Made by a program: the position numbers and the translations under genes. This document shows, in pieces, positions 26,644 through 32,000 of a DNA stretch of 32,000 nt. The notes under the pieces were generated by a model, which searched no databases, was not told the origin of the DNA, and worked only from the letters and a program-made list of their open reading frames with translations. Location of the stretch: NCBI RefSeq assembly GCF_000011325.1, contig NC_003450.3, forward strand, positions 2,880,001 through 2,912,000, given 5' to 3'. Numbering within the stretch: the first letter of the stretch is position 1; the number at the start of each line of letters is the position of its first letter. Origin of the DNA: Corynebacterium glutamicum ATCC 13032. Lineage in GTDB: Bacteria > Actinomycetota > Actinomycetes > Mycobacteriales > Mycobacteriaceae.

Positions 26644-27251
26644 GACTGCTTTCCTACCCACAGGGCAATATCCAAGGCCGACCACACAACAGCAAACACC
26701 AATAGGACGGCTGTCGCAGTAAAGAGCGCTTTCTTCCACGGCACTTCTGTATAAAAGCCTGTCGACTTTCGCTCATTTACTGCTGACATGTACTTGCCGA
26801 TGGACAGCACGCTCAAAATTCCTGCCAACACCCACGCAATTCCAGCAACGATGAGAAAAAGATTATCGGTGGCCACTGGCGCACCGAAGGTAATCCACGC
26901 ATTGAGTCCCAGGCTGATCAGCCCTAAAACTAGGCCCGGAAGAATCCATTCAGTGGGTGCCGATTGAAGGCGCCCACCAGCTCTTTTTCGCCCCGATGAG
27001 CGCCCCGGCGCTGGGCTTTCTGCAACCTTTGGCGTCGAAAAGCCCGATGGGTTTGACGTTGCTCCGGCCGGGGTAAACCCGCCAGTTGAACCGCCGAACG
27101 AGCCATTCGATGAACCCCCAGAGAAACCGCCTGAAGAGCCACCAAAACCACTGTTTTGGGAGCCTCCACCGAAACCTGATTGCCCGCCTGAAAATCCGCC
27201 AGAGGAAGAACCAAACGTTCCCCCGGGTGGTTGGGTAAATCCTTGTGACAT
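26637..27251 (-). CDS. 204-aa membrane protein: Gly/Ser/Phe-rich N-terminal arm plus 3 TM helices (first gene of the cluster)
   Basis: GGAG lies 8 nt upstream of ATG 27251. The N-terminal roughly 75 aa read GGTFGSSSGGFSGGQSGFGGGSQNSGFGGSSGGFSGGSSNGSFGGSTGGF. A basic patch RSSGRKRAGGR follows, then three hydrophobic helices. The stop overlaps the next start (ATGGTGA). Confidence 0.8.
   Translation of the reverse strand: MSQGFTQPPGGTFGSSSGGFSGGQSGFGGGSQNSGFGGSSGGFSGGSSNGSFGGSTGGFTPAGATSNPSGFSTPKVAESPAPGRSSGRKRAGGRLQSAPTEWILPGLVLGLISLGLNAWITFGAPVATDNLFLIVAGIAWVLAGILSVLSIGKYMSAVNERKSTGFYTEVPWKKALFTATAVLLVFAVVWSALDIALWVGKQSW
27026..27251 (-). repeat. Gly/Ser/Phe low-complexity coding tract (GGF/SGF repeats)
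   Basis: The translation of the first roughly 75 codons of the 204-aa ORF has the same composition as the tail of the downstream vWA protein. Confidence 0.85.
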
Positions 27252-27515
27252 CAGCTACTCCGCACGTGAATAATTGATCGAAACTCTAAAGCTGCCAAGT
27301 TTCCTTGAGATATGCCTTCTTCTCTGACATTTTCCTGTTTGATTAATATAACCCACGGGGTGGACACCGCTCTCGTCCTAATCCATAAACGAAGTAGAGT
27401 TTTCGAACACTTCAACGCTGCCCCTCTATGCTGCTCCTAGTTACCCCTGCACAAATAGCGGTTTTTCTCACGCATTCTGCATCGAGTCGGGTCGACGTAT
27501 ATAAGGTGGAAAGGC

Positions 27516-28889
27516 ATGACCCAATTCGAAAACGCGCAAGTACTTAAAGAGAACATCGAAAACCAACGCGAGCAGATCTTTACCCAGTTGAAAGAAATTG
27601 TGTCTTTCAACTCCGTGCACAGCGATCCAAACCTACTGGAGGACTACGCCGGCGCGAAAGAATGGGTAAAAGAAACACTGACCAACGCAGGTCTCACCGT
27701 CAGCGAATTCGCTGCCGAAGATGGAACCACCAACTTCATCGGCACCCGCAAGGGCTCCGAAGGTGCACCAAAGGTACTGCTGTACAGCCACTTCGACGTT
27801 GTCCCATCCGGCCCTTTGGATCTCTGGGACACCAATCCTTTTGAACTCACCGAGCGCGACGCTGGCCACGGCACCCGCTGGTACGGCCGCGGCGCCGCTG
27901 ACTGCAAGGGCAACCTGGTCATGCACCTCGCAGCACTGCGCGCCGTCGAAGCCAGCGGCGACACCACACTCAACCTCACCTACGTGGTCGAGGGCTCCGA
28001 GGAAATGGGAGGCGGAGCGCTCAGCGCGCTCATCAAGGACAAGCCTGAGCTTTTCGACGCAGATGTCATCTTGATTGCAGACAGCGGAAACGCTTCCGTG
28101 GGCACCCCAACCTTGACCACTACCCTGCGCGGTGGCGGACAGGTCACCGTCACCGTGGACACCCTTGAAGGCGCTGTTCACTCCGGCCAGTACGGTGGCG
28201 CTGCCCCAGATGCTGTTGCTGCTCTCGTGCGCGTTCTGGATACTTTGCGCGATGAACACGGACGCACCGTCATCGACGGCGTCAACACCACCGCAAACTG
28301 GAAGGGCGAGCCTTATGATCCAGAGACTTTCCGCAGCGATGCCGGCATCCTCGACGGTGTAGACATCATGGGCGACGGCGACAACCCAGCAAGCATGCTG
28401 TGGTCCAGGCCTGCAATCTCCATCACCGGATTCACTTCCACCCCAGTGGCAGAAGCACTCAACGCAGTGCCCGCAACGGCATCCGCCAAGCTAAACCTTC
28501 GCGTGCCAGCAGGCCTGGAAGCAAACGATGTGGCCGAGAAGCTGAAGCAGCACCTGATCAATCACACACCTTGGGGCGCAAAGATCACGGTGGAGATCGA
28601 TGACATTAACCAACCGTTCTCCACCGATATTACCGGCCCTGCAATGTCCACCCTGGCGTCCTGCCTGAGCGCTGCGTACGAGGGCAAGGATCTTGTCACC
28701 GAAGGCAGCGGCGGATCCATTCCACTGTGTACCGAACTGATTGAGGTCAACCCAGAAGCAGAATTGGCACTCTACGGTGTGGAAGAACCCCTCACCGTTA
28801 TCCACTCCGCTAATGAATCTGTTGACCCCAATGAGATTCGCGATATCGCCACCGCAGAAGCATTGTTCCTGCTCAACTACACCAAGTAG
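27516..28889 (+). CDS. M20/M25/M40-family metallopeptidase (dipeptidase-like)
   Basis: 457 aa with metal-ligand blocks LLYSHFDVVP, GRGAADCKG and VEGSEEMGG. AAGGTGGAAAGG precedes the ATG. Confidence 0.9.
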   Translation: MTQFENAQVLKENIENQREQIFTQLKEIVSFNSVHSDPNLLEDYAGAKEWVKETLTNAGLTVSEFAAEDGTTNFIGTRKGSEGAPKVLLYSHFDVVPSGPLDLWDTNPFELTERDAGHGTRWYGRGAADCKGNLVMHLAALRAVEASGDTTLNLTYVVEGSEEMGGGALSALIKDKPELFDADVILIADSGNASVGTPTLTTTLRGGGQVTVTVDTLEGAVHSGQYGGAAPDAVAALVRVLDTLRDEHGRTVIDGVNTTANWKGEPYDPETFRSDAGILDGVDIMGDGDNPASMLWSRPAISITGFTSTPVAEALNAVPATASAKLNLRVPAGLEANDVAEKLKQHLINHTPWGAKITVEIDDINQPFSTDITGPAMSTLASCLSAAYEGKDLVTEGSGGSIPLCTELIEVNPEAELALYGVEEPLTVIHSANESVDPNEIRDIATAEALFLLNYTK

Positions 28890-28930
28890 ACCCAAAAGCA
28901 GGCGTTAACACTGCCACCTTTACAAAATTA

Positions 28931-28956
28931 ACCACCCCCTGATGGGGTGGTTTTTT
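28931..28956 (+). terminator. Rho-independent terminator after the M20 peptidase gene
   Basis: ACCACCCC (28931-28938), loop CTGAT, then GGGGTGGT (28944-28951), followed by TTTTTT. Confidence 0.85.
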
Positions 28957-28976
28957 CATGAGCTGAAAAAAGTGTC

Positions 28977-29005
28977 TTGATTCACTTTGTGATGACGGTT
29001 ACCAT
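28977..29005 (+). promoter_or_regulatory. Candidate promoter of the LeuA-domain-like gene
   Basis: TTGATT (28977-28982), a 17-nt spacer, then TACCAT (29000-29005), which fits the TAnnnT -10 pattern. It would give a 5' UTR of roughly 220 nt. Confidence 0.3.
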
Positions 29006-29056
29006 AGCCATCGTGACTAAAAACATTGACCTTAAGCGAGTAGCCAAGGCTACGTA

Positions 29057-29096
29057 CCCTACTGCGGGATAGATGGACTGGCTCCCCGCACTAGGG
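29057..29096 (+). promoter_or_regulatory. Long hairpin in the leader upstream of the LeuA-domain-like ORF
   Basis: CCCTACTGCGGG (29057-29068) pairs with CCCGCACTAGGG (29085-29096) at 11 of 12 positions, with a 16-nt loop. No U-tract follows, so it is not a canonical terminator. Confidence 0.4.
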
Positions 29097-29231
29097 AAGT
29101 AGTCGTTAATCAACACCAAGAAGCTTAAGAGTCGGTCCTCCACCTAACAGGATCCTTCACACCCTTCTTTTCAATATCTAGAAAAGACCGATCCGCCCAA
29201 CATCTTTTTCATGACGCAAAGGACCGTGTCA

Positions 29232-29792
29232 ATGTCTCTCTACACCCGTACTCAAAATACCCGTCACTCCACCATCATCGAGTTCCGCCGCGAGCAGACT
29301 CGTAATCACACGATGGAGCCAATCCAGTCCGAGCCACGGATCTACGCTGACGATCCTTTCCGTGCACGCTTCGGACACCAACTCCCCCGCGGACTTCGCG
29401 AAGAAGCACGCGGCATGGAATGGCGCACCTTCACCAACACCTACGCACCAACCGGCAACCTGCGCATCAGCAACCTCGAGTCCGAGGCACGCCGCGGAGG
29501 AATGTTCCACTTCAACGCAACCCTGATCAACAACTGCCAGGGCGAGCGCACCACCACCGACGCTCACATCATGGCAACCGGCCCAGTTTCCGCATGCACC
29601 AACTTGCTTGCCGACGCCGGCCGTCGCGTTGAAATCCTCGAATTCCACCAATTCGACATCTTTGAAGCAACCGTCACCTTCATCTACACCTGCAACAACG
29701 TTTCCCGCACCTGGGCAATGGGCTTCGGCGGTACCCCTGAGCAGTCCGCTGCTTCCGCAATGAGCTCCGCAGCTCACTTGCTCTACGGATAG
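29232..29792 (+). CDS. Stand-alone protein resembling the C-terminal regulatory/dimerisation domain of 2-isopropylmalate synthase (LeuA_dimer-like)
   Basis: Strong C-ending codon bias supports the plus frame over the antisense ORF. ATGPVSACTNLLADAGRRVEILEFHQFD...ATVTFIYTC...RTWAMGFGGTPEQSAASAMSSAAHLL parallels the LeuA C-terminus (GNGPLAAYANALEKLGIDVEIQEYNQHA...AAAYVLAEV...KVWGVGIAGSITYASLKAVTSAVNRAL, from memory). ATG 29232 has AAAGGA 8 nt upstream. The longest ORF starts at 29211. Confidence 0.6.
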   Translation: MSLYTRTQNTRHSTIIEFRREQTRNHTMEPIQSEPRIYADDPFRARFGHQLPRGLREEARGMEWRTFTNTYAPTGNLRISNLESEARRGGMFHFNATLINNCQGERTTTDAHIMATGPVSACTNLLADAGRRVEILEFHQFDIFEATVTFIYTCNNVSRTWAMGFGGTPEQSAASAMSSAAHLLYG

Positions 29793-29807
29793 GTTGCAAT
29801 AACATTC

Positions 29808-29850
29808 ATTCCCCGGGAGCCTTGAGGGCATCCGGGGAATTTACTATTTT
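29808..29850 (+). terminator. Hairpin terminator after the LeuA-domain-like ORF
   Basis: ATTCCCCGG (29808-29816) pairs with CCGGGGAAT (29832-29840), followed by TTACTATTTT. Confidence 0.55.
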
Positions 29851-30172
29851 CTATAAATCTCTCACCTACCTGCTACAACCTGTTGAGCTGCAGCAACACT
29901 TGGCAAGCGTGCGCAATAGCCCCCAATATATACAGTGCAATTCGGATTTCCGTTGGGATCTCAGTCAAGACACAGGTAGACTGCCCCTGTATTGGTCGCG
30001 CCCTGTGCGACGCCGACTGAGCTTTAAAAGTGTTTCTCAGTTGACAGACTTGGTTTCTTAATTACTAAAAAATCGATGTGTGTTGCTAACTGGGGGTGGC
30101 ACGCACGTTGGCGTTGTTGTTTGGTGTGGCTCCAGAGTAATCCACAACGCGCAAAGGGGAACTGGAGAACAC

Positions 30173-32000
30173 GTGCTCATTCTTTTTCTCGCGCTCACTG
30201 CAGCCGCAGTAGTCGCCCCCATCCTGATCCGAACTCTCGGTCGACCAGCTTTTGGTCTGCTGGCGCTTGTACCTGGCATTGGTTTTTTCTGGGTGCTTTC
30301 GGAGTTCATCAAAGGCACTTTCAAGGATGGAGGTGAACTCCTCCTCCACTATGCCTGGATGCCTTCGGCTCACCTCAATATCGATTTCCGTATGGATTCC
30401 CTCGCGGCGCTGTTCTCACTCATCGTCTTAGGCGTGGGCGCCCTAGTGCTGCTGTACTGCTGGGGATATTTTGATTCCAACGCGGGTCGCCTCAGTGCCT
30501 TTGGTGCTGAACTGGTGGCCTTCGCCATGGCGATGTTTGGTCTTGTCATTTCAGACAACATCCTGCTGATGTACGTCTTCTGGGAAATCACCTCCGTTTT
30601 ATCCTTCCTCCTGGTTGGTTATTACGGCGAACGCGCATCTTCACGTCGCTCTGCAGGTCAAGCCTTGATGGTGACCACCCTGGGTGGATTGGCCATGCTG
30701 GTGGGCATCATTTTGATGGGTACCCAAACTGGCGTGTGGCGATTCTCTGAGATCCCTGCCTACTCAAGCTCCTGGGCAGATGTGCCGTATATTTCCGCTG
30801 CTGCTGCCCTTATCTTGGCTGGCGCACTATCCAAATCGGCTATCGCACCAACCCACTTCTGGCTTCCCGGCGCGATGGCCGCACCAACGCCGGTGTCTGC
30901 TTACCTGCACTCCGCAGCGATGGTGAAGGCGGGTATTTACCTTGTGGCTCGCCTCTCTCCAGACCTCAACGTAGTTGGTTCGTGGTACCTGATCATCATC
31001 CCGTTGGGCATGTTGACCATGCTCATGGGTGGTTGGATGGCGCTGCGCCAAAAGGATCTCAAGCTGATCCTGGCGTACGGCACGGTATCCCAGTTGGGCT
31101 TCATTATTTCCGTGGTGGGCATTGGTACCCGCGAAGCTTTGCTGGCAGGTCTTGCACTGACCGTTGCGCACTCCTTGTTTAAGGCAACATTGTTCATGAC
31201 AGTTGGTGCCATTGACCACACCACCGGAACTCGTGATATTCGTAAACTCTCCGGTCTGTGGCGTAAACAACCGATCCTGTTCGCCGTTGCTGCTGTTTCG
31301 GCGGCGTCCATGGCTGGTATTCCGCCACTGTTTGGTTTTATCGCCAAGGAAACAGCGCTGGATACCGTGTTGAATGAGCAGATGTTGCATGGCATGCCAG
31401 GTCGATTGATGCTGGCTGGCATCGTTTTGGGTTCCATCTTCACCATGGCATATTCCTGCTACTTCCTGTACGAAGCCTTTGCCACGAAGCACTCCAAATT
31501 CCCAGAGGCCAACGGTGTCTCACCTGCAGTGGAGGCAATGCATCCGGTGAAGTTTAAGCTGTGGATCGCACCTGTCATCCTGGCTATTTTGACCGTAGTG
31601 TTTGGTGTTTTCCCCAAGCCAGTGTCGGAAGCAATTGTCACGCATCTTGATAACGTCACGCCATCGCTTGATGATGTCCACACCAAACTGGCCTTGTGGC
31701 ATGGTCTGAATCTACCGCTGCTGCTGTCTGTGGTGATCATCATTTCCGGATTCATCATCTTCTGGGAGCGAGACACCGTCGAACGTTTGCGCCCTAACAC
31801 CGCAGCGTTTGGCAGTGCCGATACCGCCTACGACGCCATTCTTGATGCACTGCGTGTGCTCTCCCACCGCCTGACTGCATCCACCCAGCGTGGTTCTTTG
31901 ACCCTGAACGTCGGTGTGATCTTCTTCGTCCTCACGATTGTTCCGCTGATCGCTTTGATCACTGGCGAACAAAGCGATGTCCGCATGGAGCTGTGGGATA
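30173..32000 (+). CDS. mrpA: Monovalent cation/H+ antiporter subunit A (MrpA/MnhA, NuoL-like), 3' end outside window
   Basis: GTG 30173 is preceded by GGGGAACTGGAG. The frame stays open to the window end. It translates to a polytopic protein with WEITSVLSFLLVGY and the NuoL/MnhA hallmark KSAIAPTHFWLPGAMAAPTPVSAYLHSAAMVKAGIY (about 30836-30940). Confidence 0.9.
   Translation, partial: MLILFLALTAAAVVAPILIRTLGRPAFGLLALVPGIGFFWVLSEFIKGTFKDGGELLLHYAWMPSAHLNIDFRMDSLAALFSLIVLGVGALVLLYCWGYFDSNAGRLSAFGAELVAFAMAMFGLVISDNILLMYVFWEITSVLSFLLVGYYGERASSRRSAGQALMVTTLGGLAMLVGIILMGTQTGVWRFSEIPAYSSSWADVPYISAAAALILAGALSKSAIAPTHFWLPGAMAAPTPVSAYLHSAAMVKAGIYLVARLSPDLNVVGSWYLIIIPLGMLTMLMGGWMALRQKDLKLILAYGTVSQLGFIISVVGIGTREALLAGLALTVAHSLFKATLFMTVGAIDHTTGTRDIRKLSGLWRKQPILFAVAAVSAASMAGIPPLFGFIAKETALDTVLNEQMLHGMPGRLMLAGIVLGSIFTMAYSCYFLYEAFATKHSKFPEANGVSPAVEAMHPVKFKLWIAPVILAILTVVFGVFPKPVSEAIVTHLDNVTPSLDDVHTKLALWHGLNLPLLLSVVIIISGFIIFWERDTVERLRPNTAAFGSADTAYDAILDALRVLSHRLTASTQRGSLTLNVGVIFFVLTIVPLIALITGEQSDVRMELWD

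Noticed and set aside
26644-26739. 32-codon Cys-rich N-terminal extension of the vWA protein ORF (MEESALYCDSRPIGVCCCVVGLGYC...)
   Set aside because: It overlaps the upstream gene by about 100 nt. The internal ATG 26643 gives a textbook signal peptide and a stop/start overlap consistent with the rest of the cluster. It remains a formal alternative.
10749-27251. The idea that the nine-gene cluster is a prophage, integrative element or horizontally acquired island
   Set aside because: I saw no integrase, transposase, tRNA attachment site or flanking direct repeats. Base composition and codon style look like the neighbouring housekeeping genes. Horizontal origin cannot be excluded without comparative data.
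29229-29831. 200-aa minus-strand ORF antisense to the LeuA-domain-like ORF
   Set aside because: The plus frame has C-ending codon bias, an SD, a terminator and recognisable similarity to the LeuA C-terminus. The antisense translation is Gly/Ala/Val-rich with no motif.
29822-30061. 79-aa plus-strand ORF in the gap between the LeuA-like gene and mrpA
   Set aside because: It has no SD, atypical codon usage and no recognisable motif. It starts inside the upstream terminator hairpin.
30827-31492. 221-aa and other minus-strand ORFs (30937-31446, 31459-31972, 30058-30591) within mrpA
   Set aside because: They are antisense to an unmistakable NuoL/MnhA-like membrane protein frame. The translations are His/Arg/Gln-rich shadow sequence.

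Overview
The window looks like Corynebacterium glutamicum chromosome. The mycomembrane channel peptides PorA (45 aa) and PorH (57 aa) read out verbatim between a PPK2 polyphosphate kinase gene and groEL2, which carries two CIRCE operators. Left part (1-8.4 kb): a truncated rhodanese gene, a MarR regulator directly followed by a 1295-aa Pls/PosA-type single-module NRPS (A-T, then 6 TM segments and 3 hexapeptide-repeat domains), a GabD2-like aldehyde dehydrogenase, ppk2, porA and porH. Right part (27.5-32 kb): an M20 peptidase, a stand-alone LeuA-regulatory-domain-like ORF behind a structured leader, and the start of mrpA (NuoL-like antiporter subunit). The centre (10.75-27.25 kb, minus strand) is the standout: nine ORFs (204, 893, 1197, 933, 818, 662, 321, 403 and 60 aa) joined by stop/start overlaps. 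They encode a giant tubulin/FtsZ-like GTPase, a Ras-like GTPase, two MIDAS-type vWA proteins (one exported, one cytoplasmic), four membrane-anchored proteins and an FN3-repeat protein with a Pro/Glu-rich linker. Two neighbouring giants share an identical-style C-terminal LPGxGEF tail. Two membrane proteins carry Gly/Ser/Phe low-complexity arms. I recognised no classical effector enzyme, integrase or transposase in the cluster. I read it as an uncharacterised dual-GTPase, membrane-spanning system. Candidate roles are conflict/defence, membrane remodelling or envelope/porin handling, and sequence alone cannot separate them. I recognised no rRNA, tRNA, CRISPR array or mobile element.
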